Shown here in pieces: positions 1 through 11,519 of a stretch of 64,000 nucleotides of DNA (the stretch's first letter is position 1; each line of letters starts with the position of its first letter). Origin of the DNA: the human T2T-CHM13v2.0 reference genome, Homo sapiens. The position numbers were made by a program, and so were the translations under genes. The DNA lies in assembly GCF_009914755.1 (NCBI RefSeq), contig NC_060927.1, one strand, 5' to 3'. A model generated the notes under the pieces. It worked only from the letters and a program-made list of their open reading frames with translations, did not search any database and had not been told where the DNA came from.

Positions 1-80
1 TTGTCCAGATGAGGGGTCTGAGGCCCAGGGACATAACACAGTTTCCTCAGTGTCACACAGCTTTGAGTTTTAGTTAAGGT
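1..80. mobile_element. MIR fragment
   Basis: cagatgaggggtctgaggcccag...gtcacacagct resembles the MIR core. Confidence 0.55.
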
Positions 81-778
81 TCTGAGTCACAAAAATGACA
101 TCGGTTGAGGGTAGCGGGGAGAAAATATTAGGAACTTGCACACGTGTATTTTGTCAGCAAATTTGAGTTCAGTAGCAAACTGGCATAACGTTGAACAACC
201 GTGCGTTAAGTACTCTTGACAAACTGGGGGCCGGAATTGTTGATCATTGAGTTGAGAAGAGTGGGGCAGGGGACCTGGGCCACCCACCCCAGGCTCAGCT
301 TCCATGTATACTTTATCCTACTACTATTCCTGGCACCTCTTTTGCTGAAAAATTGACCTGGTTGCAGAATTTCTCACTCCTCTGCTAAGAAAAATCCTGC
401 CTTCCTGCAGCTCTCTAGGCAGAATTCAGTAAACTAAACAGAGGCGCTTTCATCTCTCAGGGCCATGCCATCCACTCTCACTTTTCTTAAGCCTTGTTTG
501 TTTCCTCTGCCTGAAAGAAGCCTTTTGCCTGGTGTGCCAGGGTTTGCTGGAGCCAGAGAACATCCAGGGCAGTGGATGCTTTGTTCCTGAGCCCCTGTGA
601 AACCTCAGAAATGCCTGTTTACATTAGAGTGAAGTTAGGCTGGCACCTTGGGGAAAGATTGTCACCTTTGCCCTACAAATTCCTGGGTGTCCCCAGAGGG
701 CACATGCTGTGACTCATTCTTCAAGCTAGAAAGTGGGTGGAGGCCTTACAAACCAGCTTTTGAGTAGTCTGTAAATGA

Positions 779-1130
<352 letters not shown>

Positions 1131-2271
1131 ACTGTGAGCCACATTTGATGTATATTGGTCTGTGTTGAAAATGAAGTAAGGTTAAACTCGAGCCAGCCTA
1201 GAGAGCCCATGGGCTGTGGTCTGCATACTTGGAACACTTAGGAGTCCCTCAGGTGGTTTTCATTGATTTCTGTTAGTCCTCAAGGTTAGCAGTGTGAAAT
1301 TTGGGAGTTTAGACCCTTTGGTTCCAGTATAAATGATAGAACCTGGGCTTTAAAGCTTCAGGGGATCCTCAGAGTCATTTGCACCAAACCCCTTCTTTCA
1401 TTTGTTGTTATTTATTCTACAGACATTTACTTAGTACCTAATATGTGCCAACACTGGTCCATGCTTTCAAGGAGCACACAATTTTTTGGGGGAGATCAGC
1501 CCTGGACAAATGGTGGTCAATGGACAATGCATGAAGCTTGTGTCTGAGATAGAGAGGCATTCCCCAAAATGTACTCCATGAAACAAATGCCATGTAGATA
1601 GGTATGTGGAGAAAGGATCCATAGTAAAGTAGGTTTGGAAATGCTGGCATATGAATACTATAGTAGAACCAAGAAAGGTGCCAGATTCTGAGAATCTGGA
1701 AATTATAATGTTAATGACAGTAATTATTTTGAGAATCTAATTTGTACTAGACACAGAGGTAAGTGCCTTATATGGATAAGTGCCTTACATTTTACAGAAT
1801 TCAGTAGTTTGGATGTGCCATAATTTATAACTGTTTTTCTACGAATAGAAATTTGGTTGTTTTCCACTTGAATTTACTGGGTGAAAGCTTAGTTTTGTCA
1901 TTTCAAGAGGGGCCTCTCAGGCTTCTGAATAGCTTTGCCAGTTGCTGTACATGTAAAATGTTCTTTGGATTTCAGAACTGTGGCTTGTGTTTCCCTTTTG
2001 AGTCTTGAGTGAGGTGAGCATTTGCTGATGTCTCCAAATTTTGTTTTTTTCAGGAAGTGCTTATACTTAAAATATTTCTTTTGTAGCAGTATGTTTCTGG
2101 GTTAAGTGTCTGGCAGCTATAAATGGAAACATCGATACTAGGAGGAGAAACAGTAGTGATTTAGGGCTATTGATCATGATTTAGGCCATCTCCCTCATTT
2201 TATAGGTAGTGAAAGCGAAAGTTATATAAAGCTTGGTTGTAAAACCTCTTTAAGAAATCTTCACATATTAG

Positions 2272-2579
2272 GGCCAGGCCTGGCAGCTCACGCCTGTAAT
2301 CCCAGCACCTTGGGAGGCTGAGGTGGGTGGATCACTTGAGGCCAGGAGTTTGAGACCAGCCTGGCCAACATGGTGAAACCCCGTCTTTATCAAAAATACA
2401 AAAATTAGCCTAGCGTAGTGGTGCGTGCCTGTAGTCTCAGCTACTTGGGAGACTGAGGCAGAATTGCTTGAACCTAGGAGGCCAAGGCTTCAGTGAGCTG
2501 AGATCGCGCCACTGCACTCCAGCCTGGGAGACAGAGCACAAAACCTGTCTCAAAAAACAAACAAACAAACAAACAAAAA
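2272..2579 (+). mobile_element. AluS
   Basis: Full dimer, (CAAA)n tail, TSD agaaatctt(c/t)acatatta. Confidence 0.93.
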
Positions 2580-3548
2580 CCAGAGAAATCTTTACATATT
2601 AGAGCCTTTGTTAAAAAAAAAAACACAAAAAACCAAAATCATATTGATTTAAATGAAACTGTCTTAGTTTTCAGAAGAACAATTGCATTTTGCAAAGTGA
2701 GAAAGTATTTCCAACTTCTGTGTATGGATCAGATAGAATATGTCTAAGTACAAGTTAAAGAAGGCTTGAATGAGGGTTCAATTTGTTAATGCATTTTAAA
2801 ACCTTTTCAAGACCACATTCATCATCTATTGTTTTTCTGCCTACAGCATCTTTCTATGTTGATACATTAATATCTGTTGTGATGCTTCCTCTTGGCTTGG
2901 TTGACTTGTTGATAGCTGTCGCATAATTAATGACTCGATCCTCTGTTGTGGCTTGTTAGGTTGTAGCATTTCACTGTGCCATACATCTTTGACCTATATA
3001 TACTTGAGCCCGAGAGCTACAGTAAATTTTGTCAGGCTGTTCTTCCAAATGTATACTCCTCGCCTTATTCCAGTAATACATAAGACTATAAGTTTCCTAA
3101 ATCAGTTGTGAACTTGAGCATCGTTATATTTTTTAAATCTTTGTTGTTGTTTTTTTAAAATCACTGTGAAGTTTCCTTAAACTGGGTGTGTATGTGTGTT
3201 GTGTTTTGGCAGGGGGAGGGAATTTTTATATCCTTTGCCCATTTTTCTTTTGGGCTATCTGCTTTAGGTCTGTGAATGAAGTGCATTATTTACATGTTGA
3301 TTTTAAGTGTTCCCGGTTTAATTTCCCTGCCAGTTTTACTTTACCATGTCTTCCTCACCTTTTGAGTTCTTTATGGTGACCTGTGTTAGTGAGAGCCCAT
3401 GAGGTGTCATCAGCAGACTTGGATCCCCTCAGGACCATCAGGGTCTTTGAGTTTCTAAATATCTGCCAATTGTTTTTGTGTATAACAGTAGCTTAATTGG
3501 GTATAGAAGTCTTATGTGACTATCTTTCACTTAAATTTCTGAGGAACT

Positions 3549-3868
3549 GGCTGGGTGCTGTGGCTCACACCTTTAATCCCAGCACTTTGGGAGGCCAAGG
3601 CAGGTGGATCACTTGAGTCCAGTAGTTCCATACCAGCATGGGCAACATGGTGAAACCTCATCTCTACTAAAAATACAAAAATTAGCCGGGTATGGTGGTG
3701 TGCGCCTGTAGTCTCAGCTACAGGCTAAGGTGGGAGGATCACCTGAGCCCGGGAGGTCAAGGCTGCGGTGAGCTGTGATTGTGCCACTGCACTCCAGCCT
3801 GGGTGATGGGAATGAGACCCTGTCTTTAAAAAAATAAATAAATAAAATAAATAAAATAAATAAATAAA
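3549..3868 (+). mobile_element. AluJ
   Basis: Dimer with A-rich tail, TSD ~aaattctgaggaa. Confidence 0.9.
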
Positions 3869-4273
3869 TTCTGAGGAATTATCCTACTGGTACGGCATGT
3901 AGAGATGTGGGGATACCTTTTTAATGTTTGTCAGATTTTTATCTAAATCTTTGGAATTTAAAATTTTTACTAGATTATATCCAAGAGTTTATTATTAGTT
4001 TTTCATTGATTTTGTCTGGGTCTTGGTGTAGAACCTTTTGATTTAAAGGTGTAAGTCTTCACCTCTAGAAAATCATTTTAAAATTAATGTTTTTATATAC
4101 TTTACTCTTTTTGTCTTAAGCTTTTTTTGTTTTTTTCTGGAACTCTCATCAGTGTGCCTTTTTATCTTCTTGCTTTAGGGATGACTTCTCAAGCTAATTT
4201 ATAGACTCGGTATCTGCATTCACTAATCTTTTCATCACTTAATTGAAATAGACATACAAAGAAAGTGTATGAG

Positions 4274-4393
4274 AGCTGGGCTTGGTGGTGTGCACCTGTA
4301 ATCCCAGCTACTTGGGAGGCTCAGGCAGGAGGATCACTTAAACCCAGGAGACCAACCTGGGTAACATAGTAAGACTCCATATTTTAAAAAAAG
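4274..4393 (+). mobile_element. FLAM/Alu monomer
   Basis: Single Alu arm with A tail. Confidence 0.8.
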
Positions 4394-4959
4394 TGTAAAA
4401 ATAGTGTGTGAATTGTAAAGAGTACAGCTTGATGGAGTTTCATGCACTGATTCTAGTCAGCAAGTCAGTCTCCAGACCAAGAATCACAACTTGCCCAGCA
4501 TGGAGAAGCCCCCTTGGGCCCCACTGGGGGTGGGTTGTGGCAGTGCCCAGCTTCCCTTGGCTTCAGCCGGTGAATTCCCATCCTGGACCCTTGACCATCA
4601 TTGGTGACTCTTGGGGGTCTTCTAGTTCATCCTGCTCAGCCCTCTGCTGTCTAGAATGTTCTGGGTTCTTCTTGAGGATTATAGGCTTTTCTAGTGAGGC
4701 AGCTTATCCATTCATCTGTATTTGAGTCACTGACTAGGCGTGACAATCCCGTTTTCTTTTTTTTTTTTTTCCTTATGCCAATCCAGTTTTATCTACATGT
4801 TGTTTTGCAGAAATTCCTAAAGGTTCCAAGCTTCTCTTGTTAACTTTCTTTTCTCACCAGGGATATACAGACTCTCCTACCCATCCTTCCCATTTTCATA
4901 TTTATTTTTTCATGTTAATGAGGGCAGGAAGTTTATTGCCTGGGCTGAGTTCATTTATA

Positions 4960-5486
4960 CAGGCTGAGTATGTCTAATGTGAAAATCTGAAATTTGAAAC
5001 TTTTCGAGTGTTTACATGACACTCAAAGGAAATGCTCATTGGAGCATTTCAGATTTCAGATTTTTGGATTTTGGACATTCATTTGGTAAGTATAAGGCAA
5101 ATATCCCCAAATCTGAAAAAAAATCATTTTTTTTTCTTTTGGAGGCAGAGTCTTGCTCTGTTGCCCAGGCTGGAGTGCAGTGGCATGATCTTGGCTCACT
5201 GCAAGCCCCGCCTCCCAGTTTCAAGTGATTCTCCTGCCTCAGCCTCCTGAGTGGCTGGGTTTACAGGCATGTGCCACGATGCCCAGCTACTTTTTATATT
5301 TTTTAGCAGAGATGGGGTTTCACCATGTTGTCCAGGCTGGCCTCAAACTCCTGACCTCAAGTGATCTGCCCGCCTTGGCCTCCCAAAGTGCTGGGATTAC
5401 AGATGTGAGCCACTGTGCCCAGTCAAAAATCCAAAATTTGAAACTCTTCTGTTCCCAAGCATTTCAGCTAAGGGATACTCCGCCTG
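4960..5486. mobile_element. MER46/Tigger4-type Tc1-mariner MITE interrupted by an Alu
   Basis: TA|CAGGCTGAGTAT ... GGGATACTCCGCCTG|TA terminal inverted repeats with TA TSD; internal ctcaaaggaaatgctcattggagcattt. Confidence 0.85.
5127..5422 (-). mobile_element. AluS nested in MER46
   Basis: Reverse Alu dimer. Confidence 0.92.
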
Positions 5487-5662
5487 TAATAGGAATTCCT
5501 GGTGTATTTTGGTAAATAAACCTGTTGGGAAAAAGGTCACAGATTCAGGGCTGTAGTTTTCTTTCAGAACTGACTCTACCATGTTGGGGGAAATGTCTAT
5601 TAACTTTCTCTTTTTGTGTGTATGTGTTTTTTAAACAAACGATAATGCATCATTTATTAGAG

Positions 5663-5986
5663 CAGTGGTTCTCACACTTTTTTTGTGGGTGTGGTCTCAG
5701 GACGCCTCAAAGTTATTGAGCCTCCTAAAGCATTTTTATTTAAATGATTCTGTTGATTCATATGTATTGTAATAGAAATTGAAACATAAGATGTAAAACC
5801 ACACGGATATGAAAGTTCCATTAATTAGCTTTCAGAGCAGTGGCATCATCACACATAATGTAGTCTCTGGAAAATTCCACTGTACATCCATGAAAGAGTG
5901 AGAGCGAGAGTGTCTGACTTTGTAGACCCTCTGAACTAGTCTCAGGAAACTCCAGGGATTCTCAGACCACACTTTGAGATCTCTTG
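5663..5986. mobile_element. hAT-Charlie-type MITE
   Basis: cagtggttctcacac...gtggtctcag start and ctcagaccacactttgaga end (Charlie-like TIRs). Confidence 0.6.
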
Positions 5987-6253
5987 TGCTGAGGAATGTT
6001 TTGTAGGTTTCCTTTTTCATTAAGCTCCTGTTTGACGTTTTGTGTGTACACATGTGATGTGTGTGCAGGTGCGCTGGGAGTTGAGGCAGCGGCACTCCTG
6101 AAATGTGTGGGAAATCGCCTGCATGTAGGTGTGCTGTTGCCGGCGCAGAGCGGAGTGTTCAGCAGCCTATGTCACATGCCATCTTTTCTCAGAAGTTATC
6201 TTTCATCCTAGTCAGATTTTAAATGAGGGTGAGTCTGTAGTTTTCATCAGATT

Positions 6254-6572
6254 CTTCTTTTTCTTTCTTTTTTTTTTTTTGAGATGAGTCTCACTCTGTT
6301 GCCCAGACTGGAGCCCAGTGGCATGATCTCAGCTCACTGCAACCTCTGCCTCCCCGGTTCAAGCAATTCTCCTGCCTCAACCTCCTGAGTAACTGGGATT
6401 ACAGGTGCCCGCTACCATACCTGACTAATTTTTTTTTTGTTTGTGTATTTTTAGTGGAGATGGGGTTTCACCATATTGGCCAGGCTGGTCTTGAACTCCT
6501 GACCTCAAATGAGCCGCCCACCTCGGCCTCTCAAGGTGCTGGGATTACAGGAGTGAGTCACCGTGTCCAGCC
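6254..6572 (-). mobile_element. AluS
   Basis: Reverse dimer; TSD ttttcatcag(a/g)ttctt. Confidence 0.92.
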
Positions 6573-7059
6573 ATTTTCATCAGGTTCTTAAAGGAGTCCC
6601 CTAATTTCTCACTGTAGCTTAAGGTAGGGGCATACCTTAAAGTTCTTAGAGAGTTGAGAAGTTATTGTGGTTGAAAGAGTTTAAGAGAAACATATCTTAT
6701 GTAATTCCATATACAAATAAAAATGTTACCTCTCTTTGTGTGTATAAATCCTGTAGGAATACAGGTTTTAGCTGTGCTCCAGTGTGTTTCTTTGCTTAGA
6801 GCTGCTTCAAGGCAGGTTTCAGTAAGCAAATGAAGCCATGTGCTCCACATTTTGGTCAATATTGATTAGTTGAATGGAACTTTGCTGCAGTTATTTTATT
6901 GAAACTAAGCAATGTGATTGGAGATGCCTTGACTTGAGAGAAACGCGTTTCAGAATTCGCAGTCTGAACGCACGTCATCCCGGGGCCCTCATTTTCTAAA
7001 GATTGTCCAGGTTTATCGATAGACTCTAACTGTGCCCCTCTCTTTCAATTGTCCCATAG

Positions 7060-7356
7060 ATTCCCTATAAGGAGCCCCTGCTGGTGCACCAGAACTACCG
7101 GGGGCCATCTGCCCAACTGCCCCAGACTCTGGCAGTGGGGCCCCCGATGGCAGTGGGCACCTCCCCGTGAAACCTGCCAAGCTGGACGCCACAGCTCTGC
7201 ACGACGACACTTTGGCCAACTCCGTGCCCCCTTCGGAGGCATGCAACCATGCAGTCCTAGCCTGCAGCCTGGGCATCCCTGAGGAACACTACATAAGCGA
7301 GGCTGTGGAAGATGCTCCCAGCTACAGAGGGTACCGGGATGCCTGCACCATTACTG
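7060..7356 (+). other. TRAK1: Upstream alternative TRAK1 exon (297 nt; nominally 5'UTR, but frame open into exon 2)
   Basis: Branch point CTAAC 7026-7030, pyrimidine tract, acceptor ccatAG|A at 7058-7059, donor CTG|GTATGG at 7356/7357; phase-1 end matches the exon 2 acceptor; translation ends RDACTIT, continuing as DVCNSTDLPEVE. Confidence 0.75.
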
Positions 7357-8399
7357 GTATGGGGGCCCTTTCCCTGCCAGGGAGGAAGGGAGGGAGGTTT
7401 CAGTCACTGAGGACTAGGGAAGGAATGCAGCCACATGGGAGGGTCTTGGGGAGGTATGTGGAGAGGAACCACCAAAGTGCAAAAGACTCTGAGCTTTCGG
7501 ATTGTGAGACCTCCAATCCAGAACCTGTTCTGCCAGTGAACCATTTTGTAACTTGTGTCAGTTGTTGACCTGCTATCCTGACTGAGAGGTAGACAGCATT
7601 TCACTAAATTGTCATGAAGGTTAAAGATGGTAACATCCAAACCTGAGCAGCAAGCATGGCCCATCACAGGCACTCAGTGTATTGAACCCTTCCTTCTCTC
7701 TTTGCACTCAGCTTCTTCAGATATAAGACAGGTGTAGTGGGAATAACATGCACTGTCATTGTGGGATGCAAAAACAGAAAACTACATGGAGTGCCCTTTG
7801 TACACCATCAGGATTTGCACAGACATGGATTTTTACAGATACCTGTGTCAGTCATAACTCTCAGTGTCCCAGGTGGTAATCACCTAACATCTGTGCGGGC
7901 ACTTAGTAGTAGAGCTATTGCTTTTTTATTTTCCCCAAGGAAGCATTGAGACAAGTGCTTGAAGCTAGCACAAGAGAGGGCTCTCAATGGAAATGGTGTA
8001 GGATGGTGTGCATAACAGCAGCAAGTGGCAAAATTATAGCTCAATCCAGTTGCATTCATATAGAAGTTTGCTTAATTTCTCATTTTTGTCTGCAGTGTTT
8101 GCTTTTGTTTGTCTGTTTGAAGTAATGCCTGATGACAGCTTAATATATGCAAGTTGGCTTCCAGTAGCTTCTCTTGGTTCTGTGTTACCAGTTAAGCCTT
8201 GAGGACCTCCTGTGTGTCAGGGGTTTCCTGGATACAGAAAGGCACAGAGAAAGCCGGGGGTCCCAGCCTGGTGCCTAGCTGCTGTGCTAGGCCCCCACAC
8301 ACCTCCTCTCCCTTTTTGTTAAGTGGCCCACATGTGTTGTCCTCCGCTTGTGACTGAGTCCCTCTCCCACTTGCCTGCCCCCTGAAGGACACAGTTCCA

Positions 8400-9872
8400 A
8401 CATCTCCCTTTTCTCTACTGCATCATTCTTTTCCCCTTGCACTTGGGTCTTTCTTATTAGTGCAGAAACATGCTATGATCTCCCTCTTCGGAAATAGAAT
8501 CCTTCTCAGTCCCGTGTTTCCCGCAGGCCAGTGTCTCTGCTCTTCTGTTTGCTTACTCTAGTTTTTCTTTTGTTCTCTCTGGAGTCCACTGCAGGCAGGC
8601 TCATGCCCCACCACACTGACAGCCTGGTTCAGTCCAGGGGTCTGTCCTCTGCCTTCACCTTACTTCACTTTTCAGTGGTAGTTCACACTGTTGCCAAGTC
8701 CTGTGTCCTGGAAGTACAGTCTTTACTTGGCTTCTGGGTCCCCACACTCTCCCTGTTCTTCTGCCTCAGTGGCTGCGTTTCTTCTTCTCCCAAGCCTGGG
8801 AACGTTGAAGGGCCCGGGGCCCAGCCTTTCCGCCTCTTTGCTCTTATGTGTGCACCTGTGCAGCACTTGATCTCACCCAGCACACAGGTTTTAAAATCGC
8901 CTTCTGTACTGGCCACTCGGTGGTTTCTGTACTCAGCCTGGCCCTTCCTCCTTAAGGCCAGATGTCTCAGACTGACTCCACATGAGTTTCCACTTAGATG
9001 TCTAACAGGCATGTCAAACTCAAATGACCAAAAATGAGCTCCTGGTTTCCACCTGCACCTGCTTTTCTTAGGGTTTTCCCCATCCTTGTAAATGGTGCTT
9101 TCATTATTCTAGTTGCTCAGGCCAAGAACCTTGGAGGCATTTGTGATTCTGCCTTTCTGCGATTCATACCCCAGTTTGTCAAGAATTCTGTTGGCTCTAT
9201 CTTCAGAGTATGTTCAGAATCTACCCAGCATTTACTGTGTCCCAGCCACCCCCATCTCACACCTGGATGACCGCACTGGCCTTCCAGTGGGGCCTCTTAC
9301 TGCTACCCTTGCCTCCCTAAAATTCTTTCTCCGCTCAACCATGAGAGTTGGCTTTTAATACAATCAGATGGTTTAACTCTCCTCCAAACTTCCAGTGAGC
9401 TCCCCTTCTATAGAGACCTGTAAGGAAGGGGCTGAATGACAGGAATCCCTCTTTGCCCTGCTGACCTGCCTCCTCTGTGCCCTCCGTGCTCCAGGTACAC
9501 TGGCCGCCTCACTTAACCTTGAACTCACCAGGCACATCCAGCCTCAGGGTCTTTGGATTGCCTTAACTCCAGATATCCTTATGACCCCCTCTTCCTTCTC
9601 CAAGTGACATTTTATTTGATGCTTTTTGTGACCCCCCCCCCCCAATACAGAGTGATCTGCCTCACCTTTCCCCATCTCCCTTTCCTGTTTAATTTTTTCC
9701 CCCAAACTTAACCATCTGCTGAACTACTGTATTTGTGTTTTGTCTCCCAAACTTGCAGTAGACTAAAGTCGCGGAGGGCAAACTCTGTGTCTACTTTGCA
9801 CACTCCTGAATCCAGTGACTAACGTAGTGCCTGCCTGTGGCCAGCGCTCAGTGAACATTTGTTGGGTGTATC
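8400..9872 (+). mobile_element. L2 (LINE-2) 3' portion
   Basis: cacttagatgtctaacaggcatgtcaaactcaa, gttgctcaggccaagaaccttggag and 3' end gctcagtgaacatttgttg are L2 hallmarks. Confidence 0.8.
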
Positions 9873-10361
9873 AATTGTGTCGATTTGTGCAGTGAGTACT
9901 ATTATCCTCTTTGTGTAAGTGAAGAGTCTAAATCTCGAAAGGTTCAGCACCTTGGTGAAACTCCTGACTGGCAGGAGTTGCATCCAGGTCTGTAGGACCC
10001 CAGGGCAAGGGTTCTTTGCTGCCTAAGAATTTAGTCTAGTTGGGGAGACAGATGAGTGAGTAGAAATTGGCTGTACACCGAGGTTAGCACAATGATAAGC
10101 ACAGCACAGTAGGGCACCAAGGAGGGTGCCAGGCTGAACCTTGGAGGGGAAAGGACAGGAGAAGACCACGAGGGCTTTGTGGAGGAGGCGATGACCCAAC
10201 TGCATCTACATTTGTCCAAACACATGAATTGATCCTTGGGATTCTAGTGGCATCTGTACCAGTGAAATCCAGGAAGCATCCAGCCTGTTAAAGTGGTTTC
10301 ACTTTCTTTGAATGTGACAGTGGAGGGTAAAGAAATGGCAGAATGTACCGCTGAAACTTCA

Positions 10362-10678
<317 letters not shown>

Positions 10679-11149
10679 AAAGAAGTGGCAGAATGTAGTG
10701 CTGAAACTTCAAACCCTATAGGATGTGGTGACTTGGGGGTTCTTTGTTGGGACCAGAGGAAAGCTGAGAAACAGCTCGGTGCTGTTGTGTTTAGCACTGG
10801 CTTGGTAAACAGGAGAGTAAACACAGACACTCTTATGCGTTTAAGGGATGGGCTGTCAGGTGATGGAGAACATGCTCGGATTAAAGTTTTATTAGGCAGT
10901 CATTGAAAGGAAGACATTAAATGGAAAAAAGTTCTCCGAGAGACCTAGACTATCCCCAAGAATGCATCTGTGGCCTCCCAGGGCTTTGCCAAGTGCAGTC
11001 TCAGGACACTGCTTGGCATTCAGCCCTTGATAAATTCACTCCTCCCCCAGTTCCCAGCAAGCCCTGAGATGAACAGCAGACTTTTTGTTCCACTTTAATT
11101 TTTAGGCAAAACCGAATGCCCATCACAAAGCCCCGTTCTCCTTGCTACT

Positions 11150-11428
11150 CCCCTTCCCCCAACCTAGAGGTATCACATTTTTGGGTGCGTCATTTTCTGT
11201 TTGGGGTGGCTTAACAAGATGAGCTGATAGGGTTCCCAGGCTGCCTGGAGTTACATAACCCATTGTGCTTCCAGGACAGCTCACAATCTTAGGATTTGCC
11301 CTAACAAGCAAACTCAGAAAACTGCTGAGGAAGGCACGGGAGGGTGGCTGTGCGAGGTACTGCCGGGGCTGAGCTCTCATGGAGGCTCTCTCTGTTCTCT
11401 GAAGTGCCTTTGGAGTTTATGTCTGCAC
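11150..11428 (+). promoter_or_regulatory. TRAK1: Putative promoter/5'UTR of canonical TRAK1 first coding exon (non-CpG-island)
   Basis: Unique sequence directly upstream of the ATG; CRE-like TGCGTCA at 11186-11192; uAUGs at 11219, 11379, 11419. The TSS cannot be determined from sequence. Confidence 0.45.
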
Positions 11429-11519
11429 ATGGCATTGGTTTTTCAATTCGGGCAGCCCGTCAGGGCTCAGCCTCTGCCAGGACTCTGCCACGGCAAGCTC
11501 ATTCGGACAAACGCCTGTG
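11429..11519 (+). CDS. TRAK1: TRAK1 first coding exon (aa 1-30, MALVFQFGQPVRAQPLPGLCHGKLIRTNAC)
   Basis: Recognised TRAK1 N-terminus; ATG at 11429; consensus donor G|GTAAGT at 11519/11520; 91 nt, phase 1. Confidence 0.95.

Noticed and set aside
7357-7568. Continuation of the 133-aa ORF 7167-7568 past the donor
   Set aside because: Runs through a good donor into intron and MIR-like sequence; only the exonic part is credible.
8531-9037. 168-aa ORF with signal-peptide-like start
   Set aside because: Non-ATG start within a decayed L2 element; pyrimidine bias explains the hydrophobicity.
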